From positions 245,757-309,756 of IMG/VR virus record IMGVR_UViG_3300042473_001540: a stretch of DNA of 64,000 bases; one strand, written 5' to 3'. This document shows positions 38,322 through 48,108 of this stretch, piece by piece (the stretch's first letter is position 1; each line of letters begins with the position of its first letter). Under the pieces are notes generated by a model. The model searched no databases, was not told where the DNA came from, and worked only from the letters and a program-made list of their open reading frames with translations. Both the position numbers and the translations under genes were made by a program.

Positions 38322-39280
38322 TAGATGAAATCACTTTGACTTGGGTCACCATTGATGTATTTGGGCAACTCGAATCTCTTCCGCAATGTGGTAGGAGTGT
38401 GTTGCACAATCAATGTTACTGAAATTTTAAACAAGCTGGGTAACCAAACACCTTTTGTAGCTGACGGTGTTTGTTGTTGAACACTGGCTCCAGGAGGATT
38501 GTTCAATGGATCGTCCCAATTCCGGTTTGCAGGCTGGGTAACACCAGGCAAACCTTGCAACGCTAGGCCAGGTTCGCCAGCATCTTCAAGCTGTTGTGGC
38601 GACCTAATTATTGGTGTGGGTCGCACTGTAGGTTGATTAGTAGCAGGCAGCCCACTAGCCACTTGAACATAGTCTACATCATCTGGAAATCCAATACTAT
38701 AGCTCTTGACTATGACTGGCAAGTTGTTGAACACAAAGGGACCGTAGGCATTGAACAAGAGAATAGGAGGAGGTGTGCCTGCATCTTTGTCATTTTCACC
38801 AAAATGCATCTTGCTCATGGTTCTCAAAAAGTGTATGCATGCCAAGGCATAGCGTCCTTCTTTTTGATTTTGAACAGTGAATTGACCATCCACACTGAAT
38901 GAAGTTGCAGGAGTACGTGCAAATATATGAAAGTCTTGGTTTGTATGTACAGTGCTAATGGTTTGATAATCAATGTCTTGTTGATAGTTGATTGTAGGTG
39001 TGTAGGGCCAAACCATGCCATTGTTTGTTTCTCGCAAAGGATCCAATAATCCCTTGCCCAACACGCGATTAGCAGCAGCTGGTCTGGGCCGCAGGCTTAC
39101 ACGTCGGTTAGTGGGATCTTGATTGTTGAGTGTTCCCAACAAATTCACACCATCTCCAATTCCAAAACCGCCAAACACCCCGCGTGGAAAAATAGCAGAG
39201 GCAGCCGACCCCACAACGTTGTTTACAAGTCCACCAACCAAAGAACCAGTGTTAACACCAAAACCACCAAATCTAGGCAT
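38321..39280 (-). CDS. baseplate-tail tube junction protein (gp48/54-like)
   Basis: GMVWPYTPTI, H.NQ, ACIHFLRTMSKMHFG, GTPPPIL, PVIVKS; TAAATA on minus at 39311-39316. Confidence 0.75.
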   Translation of the reverse strand: MPRFGGFGVNTGSLVGGLVNNVVGSAASAIFPRGVFGGFGIGDGVNLLGTLNNQDPTNRRVSLRPRPAAANRVLGKGLLDPLRETNNGMVWPYTPTINYQQDIDYQTISTVHTNQDFHIFARTPATSFSVDGQFTVQNQKEGRYALACIHFLRTMSKMHFGENDKDAGTPPPILLFNAYGPFVFNNLPVIVKSYSIGFPDDVDYVQVASGLPATNQPTVRPTPIIRSPQQLEDAGEPGLALQGLPGVTQPANRNWDDPLNNPPGASVQQQTPSATKGVWLPSLFKISVTLIVQHTPTTLRKRFELPKYINGDPSQSDFI

Positions 39281-39352
39281 GCAATTCTTTCCTCAAAAAT
39301 ATTAGCCAAATATTTATGTGCTGGAAACCAGCTGGAATCTAAATACTAGATC

Positions 39353-40186
39353 ATGAAACAGTTTGAACTCTCCCCACAATTAGTTTTTGAAGGCGGCAAC
39401 GTATTCAAAACCTCAGATGGCTATCCACGCACCACTCGTATCCCACTGGCTTTGATCAGTCCCACGTTGGATTGGCTGGAAAAAATCACAGGGCTGCCTA
39501 TGCATGGCATGACCTTGGGCAGTGTTGGCAAAAAAGCCAGCAGTGGGGATATCGACATTGTAGTCGACAGCAAGAAAATGTCAAAAGCCCAATTTGCCCA
39601 AAGTCTCCAAAACTGGGTGTTGAGCCAAGGTTTGAACCCCAAAGAGTATGTGAAGCCTGCTGGAGAAGTTCATCTGTTGACACCAATTGCAGGTGATCCC
39701 AAGAATGGCTTCGTGCAAACTGACTTTTTCTTCCATGATGATCCTCAATGGATGAAATTCAGCATGCAGAGTCCAGGAGACGCCAGCAACTACACTGGTG
39801 CAGAAAGAAATCAACTCATGAGCAGTATTGCCAAAGCATTGGGAATGAAATACAGTTGGCAACGTGGACTGTTGAATCGGGAAGATGAATCTGTTATCTC
39901 CACTGATCCTGATGTGATTGCACAAAAGCTATTGGGGCCCAGATTCACTCACGACAGCTTCCAAAGTGTTGAAACTATTCAACGAGCCATCAAAGGCAAT
40001 AGGGCTATTCATCAAGGGTTGACTGAGTTGATTCAAACTCTAAGGAGCTTGGATAAATTAGGGCCCACTGGCAAACCCACAATGGATGTGAAAACTGGGA
40101 AGTTTAAGCAGAAATCTCCCAGTGAGCAACGCAAATCAGAAGAAGAAGCTGCAAGGATTGAGCAGTTGACAGGTGTAGCTGTTTAG
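39353..40186 (+). CDS. Pol-beta superfamily nucleotidyltransferase, candidate virion-packaged
   Basis: LGSVGKKASSGDIDIVVD (GS..DxD) and VQTDF; TAAATA 39340-39345. Confidence 0.75.
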   Translation: MKQFELSPQLVFEGGNVFKTSDGYPRTTRIPLALISPTLDWLEKITGLPMHGMTLGSVGKKASSGDIDIVVDSKKMSKAQFAQSLQNWVLSQGLNPKEYVKPAGEVHLLTPIAGDPKNGFVQTDFFFHDDPQWMKFSMQSPGDASNYTGAERNQLMSSIAKALGMKYSWQRGLLNREDESVISTDPDVIAQKLLGPRFTHDSFQSVETIQRAIKGNRAIHQGLTELIQTLRSLDKLGPTGKPTMDVKTGKFKQKSPSEQRKSEEEAARIEQLTGVAV

Positions 40187-42402
40187 CTTTTGTTTCCGTA
40201 TCGGGGATCAATTGGCTTGACATGAATCTGATCAAACAGCAGAGGAAAGTTGGGCAAAACTTTTGGTAGGTCTGTTCTCTCCAACCAATTGTAATTTACG
40301 CTGCTGTGTGGAATGAAGTTGGGGAAATCGTGAGTTCCGCCCTTGCTCTTCAAATGATGATGAAATTTGTGTGCCAGGTCACAATCTAGGTCTAGGCACA
40401 GGGCTTTGTCGCCCATTTTGGTCCAACCTTTTATTTGTGCTGGCACAACCACAGTGTTACCATGCATGCTCATGAGGTGAGGCACTGGTTTTTGGCTATA
40501 CAAAACAGTCATGTGAAGATCATCAGTATTCATACAGGGAACACCTTGACTTTCACACCATTCTTTGAGCTCTCGAGCATTTTTGGGACTCATGCTCAAA
40601 ACAACTATGGTGCCAGCAGCGTGCTCATGAGCTTCCATTACTGTGTTCCTAGGGTGCTTGAGATAGCGTCGAACTGATTGGAACAGCCTATTGGAAAGTT
40701 CATCATCCAAACCCACAGCTTGGTGGAAAGCCTTTTTGTCTTTGTTCAAAACAGCCTCACGTGCCTTGGTGCCGCTTATTCCACTAACGCCAATGCCATC
40801 TGGATGCCGTTCTCCAGCTGATACAATTTCAATCGTCACTGGTTGACGTTGATGTTTTTCACGTATTTCTGGACTGTTCCAAGAGTCAAAAAGGTCTTTC
40901 ATGCCCTGCACACGATCTTCGCCGGCAACAAATACAAAATGTCTATAGCCTTTGTTGTAGAGCCATTCTGCGGCTTGCAGCGGAGTTTTGATGCTCTCAT
41001 CCTGCACCACATGATCTTGGTGTTGAGACATAATCTCTTGGAAAAACTCCAGCTTTTCCGCCCAAGGCAATGGATTCTTTTTTCCGTCTTGACTGTGACT
41101 CAAAAAGATCCAATAGTCACCCTTGCCAGCGTGTTTGGCCATTGTGTTAACCAAGTGCTGATGACCACGAGTGGGAGGATTCATCCTCCCAAAGGTCCAA
41201 ACTACCCGGTTGTGTTCTTGTTCCATCAATGAATCAGGCTCGCCTTTTCTCATAAATTGGGCACGATTTACAAACTTCACTATTCCAGTGGGAGTTACAG
41301 CCACAAATCCCTCATGTCCTGGATCTCCACCCAAACTAGCACCCACTGTCCCATCTGTTTGACGGTCCATTTGTTTCTTGAGATCCAGCTTCAAACTTGT
41401 TAACAAACTTACTATCCGCCACACGCTATTGTAACCATGGATGTGGCTTTGAATCCATTTCAAACACTTGGCCTGCATTGCAGGGCTAGCAGTACTGTTG
41501 AGCCCTGTAAGCCACTCCAAAAACTCTCTACTCACATGGCTAAATGTGGAACTACCACGTTCTGCCTTTTTGGCCAAAAAGCTTTTCATCAAGCCAGGAA
41601 GGCTCAAGATTTCATGACTGGCTAGTTGTCCTCTGTCCAAAAATGATTTCACACTTACAGCATGCACTCTAAACAAGTGGGATAATTTGTCAACTAAGTT
41701 TTTATCCAGGTTCAAACTTTTGAGCATGGTGGCTTCATGAGGTAGGATAGCCAGTCCTTGATCAGTGCGAAAGCCATATTGACTAATGTTTCGCAAGGCT
41801 TCTGGTTCCTGATCTTCAGGGCTTTGATAAACACTGTGCATGACCACGCCAGCACTGCTGTTGGCAATCATTTCACCATATTGACTGTTGACAGGCACAC
41901 GATAAGTTATTTTGTTGGGTGTAAATTCATATGCCCCATCTACAATGGGAGGTACACCAGTCCACAACAAATCCGCTTGAACGTAACCGATAAATCCTTT
42001 TGGGGTAACTTTTTTCAACAATGGGTAGAGACTGGCTATTTTGTTGGCATATGCCAGTCGAGCACTCTTTGCACTGGGGCTGGTGTCTTTCATTTTCCTG
42101 CTCATGAGCATATTGACAATATCCTCAGGGCTTGTGGTTAAACCATTGTATTTTTTACTGCTGAATCCAGCTTTGTCTGTTAACACAAATTTATAGTCTT
42201 TCCATCCAGAAATCAAGGCTGGTGTTCCATCCATTTTTATACTAACATACTCGGGTTGATGAGCAGTTGTGCTCAGTATATGAAAAGCTCTTTTGGCACC
42301 ATCTAACCCCTCATCGAAGATCATGTCTTCTGGATGCTCGATACGGGCTTTGGCCTCAGTCAAAGAGAGATTTACTACTGGTAATAAGTCAAACAGCTTC
42401 AT
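40183..42402 (-). CDS. three-domain protein: unknown N-domain, HIGH-type cytidylyltransferase-like domain, Acb1-like 2H phosphoesterase
   Basis: FGRMNPPTRGH (HIGH-like), VAGEDR; LHMTVLYS and FIPHSSVNY (two HxT/S motifs); TAAATA on minus at 42442-42447. Confidence 0.75.
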   Translation of the reverse strand: MKLFDLLPVVNLSLTEAKARIEHPEDMIFDEGLDGAKRAFHILSTTAHQPEYVSIKMDGTPALISGWKDYKFVLTDKAGFSSKKYNGLTTSPEDIVNMLMSRKMKDTSPSAKSARLAYANKIASLYPLLKKVTPKGFIGYVQADLLWTGVPPIVDGAYEFTPNKITYRVPVNSQYGEMIANSSAGVVMHSVYQSPEDQEPEALRNISQYGFRTDQGLAILPHEATMLKSLNLDKNLVDKLSHLFRVHAVSVKSFLDRGQLASHEILSLPGLMKSFLAKKAERGSSTFSHVSREFLEWLTGLNSTASPAMQAKCLKWIQSHIHGYNSVWRIVSLLTSLKLDLKKQMDRQTDGTVGASLGGDPGHEGFVAVTPTGIVKFVNRAQFMRKGEPDSLMEQEHNRVVWTFGRMNPPTRGHQHLVNTMAKHAGKGDYWIFLSHSQDGKKNPLPWAEKLEFFQEIMSQHQDHVVQDESIKTPLQAAEWLYNKGYRHFVFVAGEDRVQGMKDLFDSWNSPEIREKHQRQPVTIEIVSAGERHPDGIGVSGISGTKAREAVLNKDKKAFHQAVGLDDELSNRLFQSVRRYLKHPRNTVMEAHEHAAGTIVVLSMSPKNARELKEWCESQGVPCMNTDDLHMTVLYSQKPVPHLMSMHGNTVVVPAQIKGWTKMGDKALCLDLDCDLAHKFHHHLKSKGGTHDFPNFIPHSSVNYNWLERTDLPKVLPNFPLLFDQIHVKPIDPRYGNKS

Positions 42403-42522
42403 TGTTACGCCCCAACATAATCTTTTGGCAATCTATTGAATTATTTAACAGATCAAGGCGTCCATTTTGACTTCTTCTGTAACCAATTACAAAATTTAGG
42501 GTTTCAAACACAAAGGACTATA

Positions 42523-43368
42523 ATGGCATTGGTTCCCAAGATCAAATATCTAACAAACAAAGATTTATTGTCTGCAATCCATGAAAGTAAGCTTACTTTT
42601 TGTGAATTTGTTGACAAAAAATACACTGATTTTGATGTCATTGTATATGATCTTGCAGCAGCAACTCCAGAAGTTTTGGACGCTGCTCGACACAAAAAGC
42701 TAGCTAACAAAATGGCTGAAGAAAAGAAAGCCAGCGGCAGCAAGACTTTTGAATCTTCATTAACATTGGATAATGTGCCTTTGGATGAAATTGTTGTGAG
42801 GCTTATGACTTTTGTGCACATTCCGTTAAACCCTGCCAAAGCTGACAAAGCCAAAAATCAGGCAGAAAAACACATCAGATGCAATTTCCCTCCTTTTCAA
42901 CATTGGATTTTCCAAAACAATGAATGGAAATGTGTGGGCAAGAGTCATCACAAAAAGGGTGAATTCACCTTAACTGGCGGTAGGATTACTGATAGACTGG
43001 CTGCTATGTGGATCAAATTGGTTGATCGCTATGGGCATAGAGGCAACTGGAGAGGTTACACTTATCTTGACGAAATGAAAGCGCAAGCACTGGTGCAATT
43101 GGCACAAGTGGGACTTCAATTTGATGAAGCTAAAAGCTCAAACCCCTTTGCTTATTATACTACCGTAAGTAGTACAAGTTTTCTCAAGATATTACAACTG
43201 GAAAAGAGAAGTCAACACATAAGAGATGATCTTTTGATCATGCATGGTGCAACACCCAGTCACACCCGACAGACCGAGGATCAGTTGGCACAACAACTGG
43301 GATTTGACAATGCAGAAGCAGCAGTCCCACTTGTTGTGCCCCAAATGAGCCCAACTGGCCCCATCTAG
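42523..43368 (+). CDS. gp55: late-transcription sigma factor
   Basis: YLTNKDLL; NWRGYTYLDEMKAQAL; FDEAKSSNPFAYYT. Confidence 0.85.
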   Translation: MALVPKIKYLTNKDLLSAIHESKLTFCEFVDKKYTDFDVIVYDLAAATPEVLDAARHKKLANKMAEEKKASGSKTFESSLTLDNVPLDEIVVRLMTFVHIPLNPAKADKAKNQAEKHIRCNFPPFQHWIFQNNEWKCVGKSHHKKGEFTLTGGRITDRLAAMWIKLVDRYGHRGNWRGYTYLDEMKAQALVQLAQVGLQFDEAKSSNPFAYYTTVSSTSFLKILQLEKRSQHIRDDLLIMHGATPSHTRQTEDQLAQQLGFDNAEAAVPLVVPQMSPTGPI

Positions 43369-45086
43369 TATTTTTTGATCCACACTGCGTTGCCTGCATC
43401 ATAAAAACGATTGTAGCCCAAATTTTTGGCAATTTCTTGCTCTGTATTGCCCGCAGCTAAGCCTTGTATTTTGTGTTTTTGAAATTTAAGTCGGCTCTGA
43501 ACGTCATTTATATTTTTCCAATACCAATAATTGGGTGGACTGATATGACTTAACTCAAAGCCTGTTTTTTCGTAACCATTTCCCAGTCCCCAGTTCAAGT
43601 TACTGTAGGACACCAAGCTTTTGAATCCCAACTCCTGATGTGCATGATTCAAAAGCTTGCTAAGCCCTCCTGGCACATGATACCCAGGCAAAATACAATA
43701 ACGGGCCAGCTCATAATCACTCCCTTTGCTATACCTAGTTTTGACAAAGCTAGCAAGTGCAACAAGCGACCCGTTGTGTTCCAAACCCCAAATATGTTTG
43801 GTTGGTATGTTGCCCTGCAAGTGTGAGTTCTGAATAAATGTTTTAGCTGTTCCAAAATCCACAACTGTAATGTTGCATTTACGTGCACCAACAATTGTTT
43901 TTTTCAAACCCACTACGTGTGACAATCTGTCAAATATAATATTGGGTTTTTGCACCATCTCATGTTCCCAAATTTGAACAAGCCTTACACCTTTTTCAAG
44001 AGCTTGTTTCCATTTATTTTGATGATATTTTTTGTCTCCTATTTGGCAATCTGAATGATAAAAGATGCCATTAAACTCAATACCCACATTTAAATCTGGA
44101 AGATAAAAGTCAATCTCCAATGGCTTGATAACTTGCCTATTCCATTGCTCAAAAGATATGTTATTATCCCACAACCATTGTTTGATCTTTGTTTCTCCCC
44201 AACTTTCTTTTCTTGGATAACAAGCAAAACAACGCAAATCAGATTCTCTTTTCAAGGCAACACTGAATTGGTTATGGCATTTTTGGCAAACAAACGAATG
44301 TTCAGAATAACGATGTGAGTCCAAAAATTCTTCTTGAGTGAATAACGGAGTGTAATCAGTCCTATTTGTAATATAGGAATCCCAAGATTTTTGCCGAAAA
44401 GTTTTCCTATTGGTCTCCCTATGCTCTGTTGTCAAAAACGGGGCCACAACACCATATTTTGAGAGGTTGGTTTTTTTGGTTTTAACTAACACCTCCAGGT
44501 TTTGAGCAGGAACAGGTGCTCCATAAGTGTTTTGAAACACCTCTATAGTTTTGGTTCTTATATCAGGATGTTGCTGAGGAAAGTTTACTCCCCAATTTTC
44601 CTGGATCGTTTTTTGTGCTTTGTCTAAAACAACAGGATTTAAGGTTGGAGCTTTTGCGCCATACTTTTCAAAACATGTGGTCTCAGCTTTGGCTTTGACC
44701 TTGTCATGTTGACTTGCATACTCAAAACCATACTTTTGAAGGTTGGTATTTTTACGTTTTTCGTGAATATGATTTATTTCATCTCTAGTGCGGCTGTGTC
44801 GAACGCTTTCCTGATATTCACGATTACAGGAGCATTGAGATTGATTACCACAGAATTTTCTGAACCCTAGAACCATATTATTGAAAGTCCTGAACTTACC
44901 ACTCTGTTCACACCAACTGTTTTCTGCATTAGTGTTATGAACGTATGCATAAAATTTAGCTGCAATTGGGCCTTCACAAGGAAATAATTTGTCTAGCTCT
45001 TCTTTGTGTATAGGCAACAACTTTGTCAACCTATTTGGTGTAATCTCCTTGTTCAACCAAAGTTCTTTCAATTCTGCCAAATTCAC
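43365..45086 (-). CDS. Hef-like homing endonuclease (KYG repeats, Zn ribbon, PD-(D/E)xK nuclease, GNAT-like C-domain)
   Basis: Repeated T(C/N)L.KYG units; CQKC/CFAC; LEIDFYLPDLNVGIEFNG; ARKC..YELARYC..GGLSKL; TATAAATA on minus at 45113-45120. Confidence 0.75.
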   Translation of the reverse strand: MNLAELKELWLNKEITPNRLTKLLPIHKEELDKLFPCEGPIAAKFYAYVHNTNAENSWCEQSGKFRTFNNMVLGFRKFCGNQSQCSCNREYQESVRHSRTRDEINHIHEKRKNTNLQKYGFEYASQHDKVKAKAETTCFEKYGAKAPTLNPVVLDKAQKTIQENWGVNFPQQHPDIRTKTIEVFQNTYGAPVPAQNLEVLVKTKKTNLSKYGVVAPFLTTEHRETNRKTFRQKSWDSYITNRTDYTPLFTQEEFLDSHRYSEHSFVCQKCHNQFSVALKRESDLRCFACYPRKESWGETKIKQWLWDNNISFEQWNRQVIKPLEIDFYLPDLNVGIEFNGIFYHSDCQIGDKKYHQNKWKQALEKGVRLVQIWEHEMVQKPNIIFDRLSHVVGLKKTIVGARKCNITVVDFGTAKTFIQNSHLQGNIPTKHIWGLEHNGSLVALASFVKTRYSKGSDYELARYCILPGYHVPGGLSKLLNHAHQELGFKSLVSYSNLNWGLGNGYEKTGFELSHISPPNYWYWKNINDVQSRLKFQKHKIQGLAAGNTEQEIAKNLGYNRFYDAGNAVWIKKY

Positions 45087-45213
45087 AATTTTTCTCCAAC
45101 CCTATTGCATATTATTTATATATCATAATGAATATCACAAATCTAGGTCCTGCCCACCTGTTGAACTAACAGTTTTTATCAGCTATACTCTGACTCAAGG
45201 AGACTTTTGAGTC

Positions 45214-46245
45214 ATGACTATCAATCTAGACAATGTTGATTTTTCAAAAGTAATTGCCATAACTGATGTGCATTTTGGCATGCGGAACAACTCCAAACAG
45301 CACAACACTTGGTGTACTGAGTTTTTGGAGTTTGTGGTCAAACGAGCACAAGAGCTGAAAATCAAAACACTCTTGTTTTTGGGCGACTGGAGTCACAACC
45401 GCAACAGTGTGAACATCAGCACACTCAATTACAGCCACAATGGCATGAAACTGCTAAACAACAATTTTGACAATGTGATAATGCTCTTGGGCAACCATGA
45501 TCTCTATTTTCGAGATACTCTAGAGCTGCACAGTATTCCCTATGCACAGGATTTTTCAAATATTCACCTAATTGACAAAATCACCACAGTCAAAGACTAT
45601 TGTTTTGTTCCTTGGTTGGTGGGTGATGAGTATAAGTTGATTCAAAAAATCAAACAGCCTTATTTGTTTTGTCATGCTGAAATTGCCAAGTTCCGGATGA
45701 ATGCCATGGTGGAAATGCCCGATCATGGCGGCTTGAACAGTGAACACTTTCAAAATCAAAAATTGGTGTTCAGTGGGCATTTTCACAAAAGGCAGCGAAA
45801 GGGCAACATTTGTTATATTGGCAATGCCTTTCCTCACAACTTTGCAGATGCGGGAGACGATGATAGAGGGTTGATGATCTGGACTCCTGGAACTGATCCC
45901 ATATTTGAAAAATGGCTTAGTGCACCCAAGTATCGCACGTATAACCTTACAGAGGCACTTCAGGATCCTACCGGCTTGATAGACAACAAAACTTTCGCAC
46001 GGATAACAGTAGATGCTGACTTAACTTATGAAGACCTTGCCTTCATTAGAGAGTTATTTGAAACTCAGCTAGCTGCCTTGGATGTGAGTTTTATTCATGG
46101 CAGAAGTGATGGAGATGACACTGTTCTTGATGATAGTGAAATCAATTTTGAAAGCGTTGACTCAATTGTGGTGTCACATTTGAATAGTATTGAAAGCACT
46201 ACAATGAACAAACAACGCTTGATTGAAATCTATCAGAGTATTTGA
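45214..46245 (+). CDS. gp47: recombination endonuclease subunit (Mre11/SbcD-like)
   Basis: TDVHFG, GDWSH, GNHD, SGHFH; promoter 45161-45189. Confidence 0.93.
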   Translation: MTINLDNVDFSKVIAITDVHFGMRNNSKQHNTWCTEFLEFVVKRAQELKIKTLLFLGDWSHNRNSVNISTLNYSHNGMKLLNNNFDNVIMLLGNHDLYFRDTLELHSIPYAQDFSNIHLIDKITTVKDYCFVPWLVGDEYKLIQKIKQPYLFCHAEIAKFRMNAMVEMPDHGGLNSEHFQNQKLVFSGHFHKRQRKGNICYIGNAFPHNFADAGDDDRGLMIWTPGTDPIFEKWLSAPKYRTYNLTEALQDPTGLIDNKTFARITVDADLTYEDLAFIRELFETQLAALDVSFIHGRSDGDDTVLDDSEINFESVDSIVVSHLNSIESTTMNKQRLIEIYQSI

Positions 46246-48023
46246 ACTTGATCATCCTCAAAAACGTCACAATCAAAAACTTCATGAGTGTGGGTGCTGT
46301 TACACAATCAGTTACTCTCACACAACCTGGCTTGACTCTTGTATTGGGCGAGAATCTAGACTTGGGCGGCAACGGCAACCGGAATGGTGTTGGCAAATCG
46401 ACGCTGATTTCAGCCATTTGTTATGCCCTGTATGGTCAAGCTCTTACTAACATCAAGAAAAACAATCTCATCAACAGCATCAACAAAAAGAACATGGTGG
46501 TGAGTATTGAGTTTGAAGCCCACGGCAACAGCTACAAAATTGAACGTGGCCGTGCCCCTAGTTTTTTCCGCTATGTTGTAAATGATGAATCAGTAAATGA
46601 AAACAAAAGTGCAGACGAAGCTCAAGGCGAAAACAAAGATACTCAGAAAGAGATTGAGAAGGTATTGGGCATCAGCCACACCATGTTCAAACACATTGTG
46701 GCTTTGAACACCTATACTGAGCCATTTTTGAGCATGGGTGCTGGAAAACAGCGAGAAATAATTGAAGAGCTGTTGGGAATTACATTACTGTCTCAGAAGG
46801 CAGAAAACCTCAAAAAGCTTATTCAAACAACCAAACAAACTATTGAACAAGAAGAGTTCAAAATACATACTATCAAAAACAGCAATACACGTATTTTGAG
46901 CACTATTGAAAGTTTGAATCAAAAAACCCAACAGTGGGATACTCAACATCAGAACAAAATTCAAGACTTGGAAAATGCACTAGATGCTTTGAGTCATCTT
47001 GATGTTGAGCAGGAAATTCAAAGTCACAAAGACAATCTTGTGTATCGTGAACTTCAAACAGCATTGAAGAATGTGCGCAGCCAAAGCCAAACAAAAACAC
47101 AGCATGGAACACAGCTGAAGGCGCAACAAAACAACTGGTTAACTCAGTATAGTCAAATTCAAGACCACAACTGCGCAATGTGTGGTCAAAAGATTCATGA
47201 CGAGAAACAAACACATCTGCTGGACGACCTTGAGCACAAAATTACCAAACTGGACAGCAGCATTCAAACACTGGAACAGGAATGCCTGAGTTTGACACAA
47301 GAACTGGATGAGCTCATGGGTCTGTCTAGTGCTGTATCGCTAAACCAAACATTTTACAAAAGCATTGATGAGGCATATGAGCATCGAAACAGTCTCACAC
47401 TTCTTAGTGGTGAACTGGACAAACTTAAGCTTGAAACCAATCCTTATCAAGCCCAAGTGGGTAATTTAAATGACACACTGCAAGAAGTCACTTATGATTC
47501 ACTAAATGAACTCAGCCAACTCAAAGACCATCAAGAGTTTCTCTTGAAGCTGCTAACAAACAAAGACAGCTTCATCCGAAAGCGTATTATTGATCAAAAC
47601 CTCAGCTACTTGAATCACAGACTGGGTGAATATCTAGCTGGATTGATGTTGCCACACCAAGTTAAATTCAGCAACGACTTGGGAGTTGAGATCATGCATA
47701 TGGGCGTAGACTTTGACTTTGACAGTCTCAGCCGAGGTGAACGCACAAGAGTTTGTTTGGCACTCAGCTGGGCATTCCGAGACATTTTTGAAAACATGAA
47801 CACCAGCATCAACTTCATGGCTGTTGATGAGATCCTTGATGTGGGACTTGACAGCACAGGACTTGAAAGATCTCTAGAGACGCTTAAGGCTATGAGCAGA
47901 GATCGGAACAAGAACATTTTGTTGATCTCACATAGAGAAGAGCTAACAAGTCGCTGCGATCGAGTTTTGTATGTTATCAAAGAGTTAGGTTTCACTCGTT
48001 TCAGCTATGAAAGCGGTGAGTAA
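46242..48023 (+). CDS. gp46: recombination ATPase subunit (Rad50/SbcC-like)
   Basis: NGVGKST Walker A, CAMC zinc hook, LSRGE signature, AVDEILD Walker B, ISH. Confidence 0.93.
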   Translation: MNLIILKNVTIKNFMSVGAVTQSVTLTQPGLTLVLGENLDLGGNGNRNGVGKSTLISAICYALYGQALTNIKKNNLINSINKKNMVVSIEFEAHGNSYKIERGRAPSFFRYVVNDESVNENKSADEAQGENKDTQKEIEKVLGISHTMFKHIVALNTYTEPFLSMGAGKQREIIEELLGITLLSQKAENLKKLIQTTKQTIEQEEFKIHTIKNSNTRILSTIESLNQKTQQWDTQHQNKIQDLENALDALSHLDVEQEIQSHKDNLVYRELQTALKNVRSQSQTKTQHGTQLKAQQNNWLTQYSQIQDHNCAMCGQKIHDEKQTHLLDDLEHKITKLDSSIQTLEQECLSLTQELDELMGLSSAVSLNQTFYKSIDEAYEHRNSLTLLSGELDKLKLETNPYQAQVGNLNDTLQEVTYDSLNELSQLKDHQEFLLKLLTNKDSFIRKRIIDQNLSYLNHRLGEYLAGLMLPHQVKFSNDLGVEIMHMGVDFDFDSLSRGERTRVCLALSWAFRDIFENMNTSINFMAVDEILDVGLDSTGLERSLETLKAMSRDRNKNILLISHREELTSRCDRVLYVIKELGFTRFSYESGE

Positions 48024-48052
48024 TTATCTGTACTCCATAAATATAGATATAT

Positions 48053-48082
48053 GCCGGTCACGACCCTGGCAGGTCCACCGGC
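48053..48082 (+). promoter_or_regulatory. leader hairpin between late promoter (TAAATA 48038-48043) and homing endonuclease RBS
   Basis: GCCGGT/ACCGGC outer and GACC/GGTC inner stems. Confidence 0.55.
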
Positions 48083-48108
48083 TCTATCGCTTTAAGGGAG
48101 CAACAGCT

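Noticed and set aside
42436-42522. Upstream extensions in the ORF track for gp55 and similar genes (173, 1266, 48007, 49440)
   Set aside because: Downstream starts have better RBS and match family N-termini
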